NCBI GenBank assembly: GCA_032718475.1
Contig: JAUCBJ010002735.1
Span: 24,584-88,583 of the forward strand
DNA: 64,000 bases
Source: Nemertoderma westbladi
Lineage: Eukaryota; Animalia; Xenacoelomorpha
Direction: 5' to 3'
Every line of letters starts with the position of its first letter. Within the stretch, counting starts at the first letter, position 1. Positions 1 through 14,000 of the stretch are shown here, piece by piece. A model generated the notes under the pieces. That model saw only the letters and a list, made by a program, of their open reading frames with translations. It did no database searches and was not told the DNA's origin. The position numbers and the translations under genes were made by a program.

Positions 1-2
1 GG

Positions 3-2051
3 TTTCATGTACAAACTATTGCTTCAATTCAATTTGAAGAAGCGTTTTTTTCAGAACTGAAAGATTCCAAGTTTTCATATGCCGGAATTAGTTATGACTA
101 CAATATTTTAGCAGCCTTCGGATTTGCAGAGTCGTATACATGGAATATTGCTGAAGAGTATTCAGCCACAAAGTATCAAACAGAATACGCATTTTATGAT
201 GAAGAAGTTGATTATTTATGTCGATATTTTCAATACAAGTCTGCTTTGGTCAATGGAAATGCGACTAGTCATTTCCAATTTTTTGACTTCGCATTTGAGT
301 TTGAAACAATAGTGAACAGACATCACACTTATATTTATGAAGTTGCTTATGAGCTTAGAAGCAGAGCCCAGGTTGGCCTTGACACTTTTATTGGTCAGGC
401 AAAGGTTGCTGTGGCTGATGAAGAATGGGAATTTCCTTTTCAATTCGATAAATTTGAAGCTGAGCATTTTAAAATAGAATCATCTTTTGAGGCTTATTTT
501 AAACAATTGCAGTATACAACTACACGAGCTACTGTGCTGGGAAATATAGTAATGGCTGAAATTGCTTCGGGAATTTCATATCCTTATACTACATTGAGAA
601 GTCACAACGCATTTAGCTCGTATGCACCAAAATGTTCCCTTCAAACTGTATCAACATCAAGACAGTCTATCTTCCAATTTGGATCTCAACGTATTGAGGA
701 TGATATATGGTTGTATTGTGAACCGTACACCAGTAGAGAAACTGAATACAGTGCTGCGGCTTTTAAGGATATACACATTGATCTTCATGATGTGTTTTCT
801 TCTCCAGCTATTTGCGTCCAAGGTAGTACCTGTGAGGATTGGATAAATTGGACCCATATTATGGAATGGACAACTTCTTCAGTATACGATTATACGGAAG
901 TTGAATTGGCAATTGAATTTGTTCCTCAGCACTCACAGAAAAGATTTTATGAAACTTGGGGCGATGCTGCTTTGATTTTAGATGACAGAGAATTTGAAAT
1001 TGTCCTTTACTCTCAAGTTGCTGCCTCACAATTATCTTATGCAGATATACATGATGCGATTCATTTTGATGGGTCTCAAGCCGTTTCACATCAAGATTTT
1101 GTTTTTGGAATGTATTATGAGACTATCCTTGAACTAGAATCTGTAGGTTTTATAGAGCAGGTTCATAAATCAGTTGCTTCTATCCATAATATCAGACAGC
1201 ACACTTTATATCAAAACAATTGTAACCTTCAGTATACTTTATCATATGGTACTGAAACTGAAGCAGAGGGGCCCACTGATTATGTTGAAAAGCATACCAA
1301 ACTTATACCACAAGAACACTATTCAAATATATCCATCCATGATGTACATTGGGATATAGTGTCTGTGTTTCCTAAAATTGTTGTTAATGGCAACATCTCA
1401 TATAATTACGAAATTTCGGAAATTTCGGATGTTGTAGGTGGTAGAATGCCTTCTTCTCAAGCTTCTTTAGAAGATGTATATTTCTGGTATAGAAACGAAT
1501 ATATTGTAGATCGGCAAATAACATGGTGTAATGGGTTTCAGAATACATTGGAGTCGGAAATTATGTGGTGCTTCCCTCTTTGCAAGCTTCAGTATGAATA
1601 TGACTCTGCCAAAATTTTGACGGAAGCTAATATGTTCAGACATGAAGCTAAATTCCATCATCATTCCCAAATTGGAAGGTATATTGAAGATGGAGTTTAT
1701 TGGAATCATGTTTCAGCATTTAGGGCGCCAATATCACAAACAATAGAAGAAGTTAATCGTTATTGGCCTGCATTATCTTTTGCTAAGAAGTGTTCAAATC
1801 TCCGGTTTGACTTTTCAAGAATCGAATTTACATATGATGATTTTGAGTTTGTCGACAATATTTACTCAAAATCACTTCCCATTGAAGAATCAACTTGTAC
1901 ATTTTATGAAGGCTTTCCAGAATTTAAACCGTTGATAAGAAGTGTTAATATTTGGGGACACCAAGGGGAGTTAGAAAATGAATGGTTGTATGTAGAACAT
2001 GTTGATACATTTATTCACACCTTTTCATTTGGAAGCTTTTACGATATATAA
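3..2051 (+). CDS. Internal coding segment of the giant repeat protein (frame open from the window start; N-terminus lies upstream of the window)
   Basis: Frame 3 reads open from base 3 (FHVQTIASIQFEEAFF...) into ORF 246..2051. It has the same acidic W/C/Y/H-rich composition and G-x7-8-W motifs as the downstream giant ORF, and ends at TAA 2049-2051 overlapping the next ORF (+1 frameshift). Confidence 0.8.
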   Translation, partial: FHVQTIASIQFEEAFFSELKDSKFSYAGISYDYNILAAFGFAESYTWNIAEEYSATKYQTEYAFYDEEVDYLCRYFQYKSALVNGNATSHFQFFDFAFEFETIVNRHHTYIYEVAYELRSRAQVGLDTFIGQAKVAVADEEWEFPFQFDKFEAEHFKIESSFEAYFKQLQYTTTRATVLGNIVMAEIASGISYPYTTLRSHNAFSSYAPKCSLQTVSTSRQSIFQFGSQRIEDDIWLYCEPYTSRETEYSAAAFKDIHIDLHDVFSSPAICVQGSTCEDWINWTHIMEWTTSSVYDYTEVELAIEFVPQHSQKRFYETWGDAALILDDREFEIVLYSQVAASQLSYADIHDAIHFDGSQAVSHQDFVFGMYYETILELESVGFIEQVHKSVASIHNIRQHTLYQNNCNLQYTLSYGTETEAEGPTDYVEKHTKLIPQEHYSNISIHDVHWDIVSVFPKIVVNGNISYNYEISEISDVVGGRMPSSQASLEDVYFWYRNEYIVDRQITWCNGFQNTLESEIMWCFPLCKLQYEYDSAKILTEANMFRHEAKFHHHSQIGRYIEDGVYWNHVSAFRAPISQTIEEVNRYWPALSFAKKCSNLRFDFSRIEFTYDDFEFVDNIYSKSLPIEESTCTFYEGFPEFKPLIRSVNIWGHQGELENEWLYVEHVDTFIHTFSFGSFYDI

Positions 2052-5000
2052 CGAAATCAGGAATATAGGTAACTACTATGAATCATTTGAGTGGTGCAGT
2101 GCCATTGTCGATGTAGTTGAGATTGTTTATGATTGGGTGAATGACAAGGATAGATTACAGCTCTCTTATGAAGAAGCAGACTTTACTTGCGAAGGTATTT
2201 CATTATGGAACCGGAGTTTTACATCCCAGGTGAAGGTTTATGGGTATACTTCATGTTTTACAATTGAATGGCATCAAGTGTCTTATGACACATCTTATAA
2301 GACACAAAAATGTACTATAACATTCCAAGATTGGTCAAATTTTATCAAGGCATCACAACTTTCATTTAATATACAAGGCATTGGTAAAGAAACTGATGGG
2401 ACAGAGTTTGTGGATTATCATGGCTGGTTTTGTGTGCCAATTATATCATCTGTTACAGCCACTTTAGGTATAGAATCCACACAATCTCTACACACTGCAT
2501 CATCATATTCTTTCAAGACTAATGGCTTCCAATCTGAAGATGTTGTTGACTATGATTTTTGTGTAGAATTTATGAATATAAAAGTGGGATATAGTTATGA
2601 TGTGAAGTATGAATTGGGATTTCAAAACCAAAATTACAATTCTTCAGTGTCTAGTGCATTAGCATTAGCTAAACAACTTGACATAGAATATGGATGGTAT
2701 AGTGCAATACTTTATCATCGGGATTCGCCATTGGCAGACAATGCTGCTTTTGCGTTACAGGAAGATGTTATAGATAAATCTCACTTTGTTAGTGTTTCTC
2801 TTGTCTACGGTTCCTTCAAAGAAGAATTTATTGTATTCCAATGTTGTGATATATTTAACGGTTATAATATCAATCGTGCTGATTCGTATACTGTTGAGAA
2901 ACAAGGTTTACACATTGCTGCCTTAAACTCATCTCGACGAGTGGCATCTAGTGTGACTGAAGATATTTTCGAAAGTTGGTTCTTTCTCGATTCCACATCT
3001 TTTGGTTCTGTTACAAAGGAGCAAGTTGGATATGTTGTTATACAGAAAAATTTGCAATACTGTGACAAAAAGGTTCAGGAGTTTATTTTTGGCAACGAAC
3101 TATGTAGCACAATAAATTGGGACTTGGCAACAATGATTTCAACACATTTAAATTTAATCGAAACTGACGTCGAACTTTGCCAGTCTTCATTCATGTTGAT
3201 CCATAACAGCTTCACTGCATACCTTTGGGGTTTTGGTGAGTTAAAATCAATTGACGTGGCATGGGGTTACTGTCTTCAGAGATCGAAACAATTTTCCATT
3301 TATGAATATGCATCGTTTATGGGTGACTATAAGGTAATGGATTATCAGCATGAAAGCCTTAATGCTGAATGCTGGGGAATGTCTAAAGAAACCTCCATAG
3401 AGTGGAATCAGCTGTCAGAGTTTAATAAAACCCAATTACATAACACTATCTCCAGTTATGTTAGTAAACCAGGGTTCAATGTGGTGCATGGAGACTCTAA
3501 CATTGTTGGGAATTGGGCTGACATTAATTATGATGTTGAGCAATGGGATTATGGGATTCAATTTGTTTTATCGCGCACAACCTCGACATTTGCGGAAGAA
3601 ACATCATCTGGATTTCATCTTGGTAATCAAGTTCATCAGTTATCCGTTATTGTAAACGCAACCCACAGTGTTTCCCACGAGACAATAGACTATCCAAATG
3701 ACTTTTATATTAAATTTAAACTTGACGAAGCTCTCTGGAATTTATTTAATACTGATATGATATTTCATGGCCATATTGAAGACGTTATTGTTTGGGGCAA
3801 CGCATTCGATAACAACTACGATTTTATTTATGAATATTTAATGTGGTTTAAACCAGAGGACCACCATGTCGATTTTGCCACAAAATTTTATTATGACGAT
3901 CGTGTCAATGAGAGAGTGGCTGTCAGTCAGACAACCTTAATGGGCAATTCATCACAGAGTATTAGTGATCTAGAGTATACCCTTGAGTTTGGGAGACAGC
4001 AGCTTGCCACAGCTGTATCTACTATTGAAAAGTTATCTGGTTACCAGTCTGTGAATATATTTGAATACATGGAACTAATGATTGCTGAGCACAATTTTGG
4101 ATTAGAGATGTTAGAATGGTCGGATAATATCAATATTAGTAATATTCCAAAGGATAGAGCCCATTGTCAAACTGTTTACTTTCAACGGTCTACTGGTATT
4201 GTTAGACCAATCCCTTCTATTTTTGGAAACTGTATGTACAATGAACTTGAAGAATGCCATGAAGATGAATTTTTCACTAGTTATAAACTAAGTTATGTGG
4301 GTGTTGCGGTAGAGGAAAACATATTGGAGAACAACATTCGTGGTAAAACTGATGTTGGTCTTATGAATGCAACGGAATTTACACTTATCATTGACTGGGA
4401 GTTTCTATTTATGAGGGAAGATGTTAAAACAAGGCAAGATTCTGCATTTGTTGACAATGAATCCTTTGTTACTAATAATGTGTCTTTGAAGGATCAAGTT
4501 ATTTGTTGGGGAAATGAAATAGCTACTAGTACCGATTACTTTTCATTGTCACTTTTGTATACCAAATTACCACAACTCGAAACTGCAATAGTGTTGGAAC
4601 ACAGTGTGTTAACATCTAATTATCAGCGTACTGCCATTAATTCAAGTTATTTCCAGGCGGAACAACACCATTATTTAACTGAGTGGGAAAAAGTGATGGG
4701 TGATGAGGCCATAACTTTTGATTACATGTATGCCACAGAAAGGGTTGACTTCTTTGATAAGTATTTTGCTTCCTCCCAGTGGTACAAAGCATGGGGCTTT
4801 GAAGTATCAGATTCTATTACATGGACCACTGTGCTTAAGCACCATGAAAGTATTAATGATGAACATGCAGAATTGACTCTAGCATATGATAGATTTTGGT
4901 GTTATTCTTCTGCAATATATACATCCATATTGTGCATGTTTGAACAAGACCATTTAGAGGTAGAATCAATTTTTTGCCAATTCTTCAAGAAGGATCAATC

Positions 5001-8000
5001 CAAATTAGAATTTGCAGTTTTGTCTGAAGGCAATATTGAATTATGCACAGCAGGTTACAAATTCAACCAAACTCCGTTGATGCAAAGCAAGGAACGTGCC
5101 CTAGAATGGAGCACTACGGAAGCGTTGTCAGTCTCCAAATATACTGAAAAGGTTTCTTGGTCTGTTTCTGGTTATAACATTGAAAGTGAAGTAATTAAAT
5201 CGTGTTCAACTGTGCTATCTACGGCAGTTGAAAGACTGTTTGATGGTGAATGGTTTTCTCTTGAACAATTAAATGTTTCAGAATTTGAGGTTGAATCTGT
5301 AGAAGAATTATATTCTTCCGTAGAGTTGCTTAGGCACAATACTCATGTATCCCGCACAATTTGTGATTTTACATTAAACTATACATATTGGGAACAAGTT
5401 ACTCTATTCAAGCCGCATTACCAAACAAGTAATTCCCATTATAAACTGGAGTCTGATATGGCCACAGAGACTTATATTATTAGTCATCAAAGGTTACAAA
5501 GCATTGCTTTAACTAATGTCATTGACATGGAATGGCTTTGTTTGGATGTTAATTGTCGATTTGGAGTGTCATCTGAAAAAGTAATTGAAGTATCTGATAA
5601 TATTCATGACGAGAGGCTGGATAGTGTTTTATCAGTTTCGATCCTTGGTATGCATTTAGATTCCGTCATTATTTGGCAAAGTTTGCAAAAATTTAATGTT
5701 GAAAAACTCTACCTGGAATTGGCTCATGAAATATTATTATCATCTTTTGAAAATTATCAGTTTTCTAGCTTTGGCATTTCTTTTTGTAATGCTGCTGAGA
5801 ATACGTTATTGCCTTTTGATGATAAGGCAATATCAATTGAAGCATTACCTGCTACAGATAAAGCTGATATCGTATTACATTCAACCAAACTCTCTGGTCC
5901 TGGATTTACAACCAAAGGCACTGCGCTTGGTATTGATAAATCAGTTGAATTGAAGTGGTTCAACACAGAAATATGTGAAACATTTTACACCAAAAACAAT
6001 GCACCTTGGTCAACCGTAGACTTATTCCCAGGTTTAATCGCAAGAAGTAGTGAACAATATACTTCGGGAAACAGCGAAGAAGTTGACAGTGATGTGTTTA
6101 TTTTTGCTCCTGAGTTTTTTAAACGAAATATATTTATAGACCACACCTCCATAGCATATGAAACTGATAGAGTGATGCAAACAGCCTATATGGAATCTCA
6201 GCTATGTTATGGGAACCAGATTCAAGCTAAAGGTACATTGGATTACTCTGAAACTATGTCTACTCATATACATTTGGAATGCGCCTGTGAAGAAGAGATT
6301 TTGCATTCGTTTGACCAACAACTTAATGTATGCACAATAACGGCACGGGGATTGGGTGACATCAAATTTGGCGATGATTTTGAAATATGTTTCCCGAATA
6401 ATTTCTGTGACTATTCTGCAGATTGTGCGTCACTGAGAATTGAACTCTACTCCCAAGGATATGCTGCAGTATGCGGCAATTATTTCCAACTAGGTGTGGG
6501 TTATTCAAATACTATTCTTTGGGATTATCCCCTGGATTGTATCTTAAATTTTAAATTATTTTATTTGAAAGAAGGGGATGTTGATGGATTTGTTTCTCAA
6601 GAAAGCCATTGTTTTAGAGAAACTGTATACGGAGATGAATTGTCAGACGACTTGCAAGTTCTTTGGGATGAACTTAACTGTGTTGAATTTTACCACCATG
6701 ATTTAATGCATACAAAGTTAGAGTTTATTGAGAAACTAACTTATACTAAACCTGTAACAGAAGTTATAACCATATTTGGAAGTTTGGCAGTAAACGAAGT
6801 AGAACTTTACCAAGATGAGTTGTTTATTCAAACTAGTTTAATATTCCAAACTGCCGATATTACGTATGTTGAGTACTCTTTGAATCGGAACCTTCGAACT
6901 GCAATTAGAAATATATTATTATGTTGCCATGTCGAAGAAAAACTTCACAATTGGGACATTACAAATGATATTTTCTTTGATCACAGCGCTGAAACAGCAG
7001 GCAGCTATACCCAAGAGTATTTTTCTTCTTATGTTGATGAAATTGATGCAATTATAGTTTATGGAATTTGCATAGAAGTTGTGACACAGTGGGATGAAGT
7101 ACTCTTTGCACCTCCTCAACTGTTTGAAAACGTTGTCGAAAATGTTGCTGTAAATAATATTAGTTTACATTATAAAACGTCAAAGGGAGTCGCAATGGCA
7201 TTCGCTGAAGCTGACTTCGACGACTCCTATTGGATATACTTGTGTGAGATCAACATTGAGGATACTGTTCTTGAAACAGTATCTCAATACAATGAAGACC
7301 ATATTATTCTAGAATATGGAAAGGCCTCTAAGGTATTGAAAGAAGGCTCTGCTGAAATATCATATATTATTATTGAGTTTGTTTCCCAAGAATTATTTAA
7401 CGTTCATACTGATCACCTAAATATTTCTCAAATGCCAAATTTGTTTCAGAGAGTTCATAAAATGGATAGTGTAAAAAAGTGGGGTTTTGGTGGTCTAAAT
7501 TGTGGAATGCAACTACAAAGATGTGATATTATATTAAAGGTTACGGATGACATGGCTATGGGTTCACTTGTGCCAAATAGTCTGTACGAACTGTTTAGTG
7601 GTGGCACATATGTTAATGTATTACATTCTGCAAGTCAAAATGAATTTGTCTCTGAACGAGTAAGTGATATTGGTGTAAAAATTATTGAAAATATAAACTT
7701 TTGTGTTTATGACGAGTTTATTCAAGAAAAAGTATTTCATGGCTTTACTAAACCAATTGGATTTGGTATTCAAAATACGGGATTTGGACAGTTCTTAGAA
7801 ACAAGTGATTGTTCTACCAATCCATATGAAACTATATTTGTGAGTTATTCTTCAGATGATAATCAACAGACATCAGCTGTTGCTCAGGTATTTAAAGTTT
7901 TATGTAATGCCACTGTTGACAATGTATTTCTGCAACATGAACTTGATGACATTTATGATGAAGCATTTGATTACGACAAGGCGACTTCAATATGTGAAGA

Positions 8001-11000
8001 CCAATCTTCAATGCAAACATCTATGATTTTACACGAAGTCTTAAATGATTTAGCAAGGGTTACTGCAGTTCATGGAATTGAGTGGGACTTTATAGGTGGC
8101 AAAGTAGATAAATTTATCTTTGAAATGGAGAAAGGTTTACTAACTTATAATGTTGTAGACTATTTGCTTTGCATTGAGGATTATAATACTATTCTATTTA
8201 AACCTGAATTAATAACAGAATGCCCAGTAAGTTGCGATGTTAAAGATGATTTAACGCACTTTAAAATTATTGGTAAATCAGTAATTACAGTGAATGGTTG
8301 CAGTGATGATATGACATATGGAATTGATGATGAAGACTTAGAAATTCGCTCCATATCACAAGCCACAGAAGCGCAATGGAAAATGGTATTTGTATGTTTA
8401 ATTATGAAGCCCTCAATTTCTGAAGTTAGCATACATGGGATGTCATCAATTGGATTTGATATGTGGGTTGAGCCCGTAGAGTTTGAGATTGAGCTGGAGG
8501 GGAACCGTGTTGATAACGTGATGAAGTATGACCCAGAATTAACGATGGATACGAAAATTAAACGAAGTGAAATGATGGGTTATGGCGAGCAATTTAATGA
8601 GGTATGGCAACTTCATGACTTGTCACACATAGAAGGATACAACTGTGAATTAGTGCAGATGAGCTTGATTCCCTTCTGTTTTAATAAGGGTTTTCCACAG
8701 CATGGATTTATTGTAAGGGGTAAAGAATCATATGGGGAATTTACACACCCTAATGAATTCAGTGATATTGACCCTTTGACATATTTAAAGACTGATTTCA
8801 TAATTGAAGGGGATATTGAAAGAACTAGTTTCATTCCTCGAAGGTGGGCAACAGTGATGGGTGTTGCTAATTTAAAGGAATGCGATGCAGAAGAGGCTGT
8901 CGCTGAGGTTATTTACGATAATCTCGCCAGTGCTGCTTTGCATACATACCAGAATTGGTTTGTTCATCCAATAAAGGCATTGGGAACAATTAACCGAGGA
9001 CAGGCAACAGAGAATGATTGCTGTATTGATTGGTATAAGGGCACTTGGTATAAACCTACAATTCCCGTTGATCGAGCCAATCTCCACGAAATTCATCGGA
9101 ATATATTTTCTACATTTGAGGTATGTCAGGAAGTAACATGGCGTGAAACAAATACACTCATAATTACGTATGAACACACTGAAACTGACAAACCGGATGC
9201 TTTTGAACCAGTAACTTATGAATCAGTTAAATTTGTTGTTGAACCACATCCTAATCTTAATTCATGTATCATTGAATTTGTGTTAACTTATGGTTTGGGA
9301 AATGAAGTTCATAATATGTGGTATAATATGGAAACATTTACTGCGGAATGCCGCGAATTCACTGTTATGCGAAAGGAATGGAATAATTTAATTCCATATG
9401 CACAATGTTTTAAAGAGAGAGTGTATTGTCTATTAGATCTACAAAATCCGAATGCTACATGGTCAACTGCTGAAATATTTAGATTTATTTATGATATATC
9501 TTATACATTGGAACGTGTTGAACAGGAAAGGTCGTGGGAAGAAAGTTATCAAAGGAAGATTATCGAATTACATAGTTCCTATGAAGAGGATATACAATTA
9601 GATTCATATAAGGACTTTGTAGTGGATGTCTATAAGTATGAACTTGTCAGACCGAAAATGATTCCAGTGCCATTTGAAATAATAAAGAAGAAACCAAAGC
9701 CACATGCCCAATCTTTTGCGATGAAGATGCTACTGGGATGGGAATCTGGTGATCTTATTGACATTGTCCCAAGCATTAACGCTCACGTATCATGGAGTAA
9801 AGCGTTATCAAGGCCTCCTAAGATATCCTCTGAAATTGTGTATGGAAAACAGGTACAGGAGGATATATTGATACCAGAGGATAGGTGTGATGATCATAAA
9901 TCAGTCAGTTTAGAAATTGATAATGTCCAACTTGTAAAAAGTACTTCGGAGTTATCCAAAAAGTTATGCGTAGACTTTAATCTCGTTCATTGTTTTGCCA
10001 TCCAAGCGGTTGATGATATATTTACCAACAAAGTGGAACAATTTTATGAATTACTGGAAACCAAATGTGCAAGCAAGTGTTACGAAAGAAATTATATGAT
10101 AAAAGACTATAATGTAGAAACTGTGGATTTTAATAATATGAGTAAGGTTGAGAAATTGGAACGAGCATTCACAAGGTGTTTTTTGACATCTTTCCAATAT
10201 GATACTGAGAATGTGTTAATTGGAATAGAGGAAGATTTTGATTGCACCAGAGTTAAGGCACTTGCTCCTCTTTTGTTCTATGCCCAATCTAGTATTGCTT
10301 CGGATTATGTTGAAACACCACATGAATTTTCGGTTAAGCAAGTTATATTTGATTATACTACGGAGGTAATTCATGAGAAGTGCAAATATTACACTCCATC
10401 TGTTAACATTATTTTCGGTTTTGTAAAGAGCACTTTTCTCTTCAGCCCCGAAATTGAGGTTTATGGTGCTGATTTTGCTTGGAATGCATTTGAATCAGCC
10501 TCTGAATCTCTTGCAGTTGACGTCATCTTCCACAATGCTTCAGCCAATATCGCAATTGGCTTATGTTCATCAATTATTGAAGGTATTCAGTGGATAACTA
10601 CTGGTATTTGTAGTACACAATCAATTGAATATCAGAAAATGGAGATTAATTACGAAAGCGAATGTTTTACCAAAGATGTCAATCATGACGTTGTGTATGC
10701 TGTTTGTAAAGGAGATACTAATTTTACATCGGAATTCTGGGAAAATGTCAAGTCATGTATGTTTAATTTGCCACAGGAGGAGTCAATTTCATGGTCAACT
10801 ATGGATATCTCCTATGATACATACTTATTATGTTTGAACCTAATGCATGGTTCTATTGGGATCAATAGACTTTATTATAGTGAAGCTATTCCATTTGATG
10901 GCGTTTATAACATAGACCATACCACAGAAGTTGCAGGAGATGTAGTATCATTGAAACGAAGTTGTTCCTCTTTTAGTAGGATATTGTGCGATGCTGAAAG

Positions 11001-14000
11001 TTCTGACATAATGCAGACATATTTTATGACTCATGTGTTTATTGGAGAAGTTCCCTCTAAAGATCAAACTGTAATTAACTTTCAAGAACATTTTGAAATT
11101 ACCAATTTAACAAATGTAGTGGTATGTTATGGTATGTATCGTGAAAATGATATCTTCTGGGAGAATGTTAACACTGTATTACCTTATAAAGTTCAAACAT
11201 TGAACTTCAACTGGGAAACAACTAATCCCGGATATATACTGAGCGCACATAAGTATCAACCACGAGTGATGGCTTTTGGTGACAAGTTACCAGCCGTTCA
11301 GAGTTGGTCAAAATCTATCCCAAAGGAAATATCTCGCTTCCAAGTAGAGCAAGGAGTTTTTGTCACAGATAGCTACTACTGGCTTGAGCAGAATGCATCT
11401 ATCTCAATATCAAATTCTCGTGGATTTGGATATGAAAGTGAAACTAAATGGGTTGAGATATGGCAAACATTTGACGAACCATATCCATTGAATGTCACTG
11501 TCAACGAGGAACCACATTTGCTTATTAGCCAGAAATCCATGGTTCCCAAATGGGGTAAAGAACGTGATTCATATGGTGGATCATGGGATGAACTAGTGAC
11601 ATGCAACTTTGAGTATATGAATAGTAATTTTACGAAGTTAATTAGTGAAAGTCGTACTTGGTGGCATGCGATCGCTATGGAGGTTATATCGCATGGGTGC
11701 TCATTAGAACATTGGGACAATTTGGAAGGTACAATGCCTTTCTATGCCATAAGGTATGTTGATATTGTAAATATAGTTGAAGTTGGCTATGATCTTAGCA
11801 ATGCTTCTGTTAGAACAGTCCAACCTACTCAAGGCATTCCATTACTGGATTGGGATGGTGACTCTGAGAATTCAAATATATTTCTACCGATGTTATTTGA
11901 AATTGAGAAAGTATCACTTTCTAGTGAAACGCAATCATTTAATAATTATCATTATGATAATCAGGACAGATTTGTTGGTGATGCCATTGAGAATGAAGTA
12001 CTATGGCTCTTTGCCCATCGGCAATTCTTTGGATATAAAGAAGAAGGATTAGTTGCTAATATATGTTACATTAATCTAATTAGCAATGCCATAGGGAATA
12101 AGGAAATTGTTTGGGGGACACCATTGTCGTTAACTCCAGAAACATGGGATAGCTTGATAAATAGAAAACCACATCATTTTGTATCATGTAATGCCAATAG
12201 TATCTTATTTGATTACGGATATGCCACTCAAGGAACAATATCTTGCTTTAAAGAAAACGGCAGAGAATTGGAAGAATCTATCGAGTGGGAGAGTAGTCAT
12301 GTTTTTGATAATTACTACAGAAGAGTTGAAGAGTTCTCAAAAAGTGAAACAATTTGTGTTGAACTTGAAAGGGTATATAATATTTATTTCAGCTTAGATT
12401 TATTTATGTCAGAAATTTGCTGGTATTCTCCAAAGTTTGAATCACTGCTGCCCTTTACAGCTGATAAAATAAACACAACAGTAATCGGATATGACATTGT
12501 GGTGAATCAGTTTGACATTCTCGTTGATTCATATTCGAGATATTGCTATGAAGGGCGAGGTGAATTTCAGTACATCTTCTTTTATAATTGTGAGGCTTAT
12601 GTTGAACCAAAACGAACTAGTGCAGCTCATATTGTAACCGAGTGGGGATTCCAGACAGAGGAGACTGATTTAAATTCTGTCCAGGTTTGGGCAGAAGGGT
12701 CGACATATTCTGTCGCATGGGAAAAGACTGATCAATATTTCGGTAAATATATTCCAAAACAGCAAAATGCCTACGAGATAGATAATGTTGATGAGAATGA
12801 TGAGTTCCCCAATGTTTCTTATGCGATGGTCTACAATAAATACATAGAGGAGGAAATCCGATGGGCCTATGTGCAACAACTGGAAAGTATTGAGTGGAAT
12901 TTAGAAAGTGCCAATGAAATGAAATATAGTGGGAAATTTACTAGTGTTTATAAAATGGCAGTTGCTCATATCATGGGGGTTGGCTTGCAGAATATAGGAA
13001 ATAAAGTCCACAACTGTAATGTATTTGATCATTTAAATTTTAATGTATGTTACGCATCATCGTCAGACATTGAACGCAATAACAATATGGCGCACCATTG
13101 TAGCTCATATCTTTATCGAGGCGATGCATTGGTCAATGAAATTCCATACGAAGAAACACCAGAATGCGGCTGGGAAAGAAGTTTGGCGACGGCATCGTGG
13201 GTTCAGGTGATCCCATACTCACAATCAGATAAAGAGATTACAACATTTACAATATTTGGTGTTCCTATTCTATCACAAGGAAGAGGCCAAGCTGGAAATT
13301 TAAAGGAGTTTACCAAGGAAATTACCGCTGAAAAAGCAGATTGTGTATTTGCACCTGTCTTCATGAGACCATCAGTTTTCATTGCATTACATATAATTGA
13401 ACCATCATCTTTGACTCCTGTAAACTCTGAATTTGCAAACTACTTCTTCTCAGAGTCTTATGAACTTTGCCATGTCACTGCTTCCATTAGTTATTGGGAT
13501 TCCTTAACTGTAAGAAGGGGTGTTAGTTCTCAAATGATGTTATGTTCTAAACCTGACTTTTGGAATATAATTTATGAAAACTTAGATAATTTATCATCTG
13601 AGAAATATTTGTACGATGTGGCTGAAACAGTTTATACTTCACAGTCAACAGTTGTTGCTGACAAAATTACTTTTGTTTTAGAGGCAGTTTCAATTGATAA
13701 TAAAATAACATGGGATAATTACACGGAAGCACCTGACAGTCAAAGCTGCAAGCTGAACTACTCATATGAAACGGGACGGCTTGTAACTGCTGGTAAAACT
13801 TCATCGAAGGAATTTTGTGTTCCATGTTGTGAATTTGAATTGAATGGAATAGAGGCTGTTACAAGTAGAGATGTTGTATCAATAACGAATGAACATGCTG
13901 TTACATCTACTAAATGGTATCAATTAGAACGCGAGATTGAGTTATCCTTTACTCAGATGAAAGGCAAAGGTGTATTTAGTAGTGTTGAATTCTTACATGT

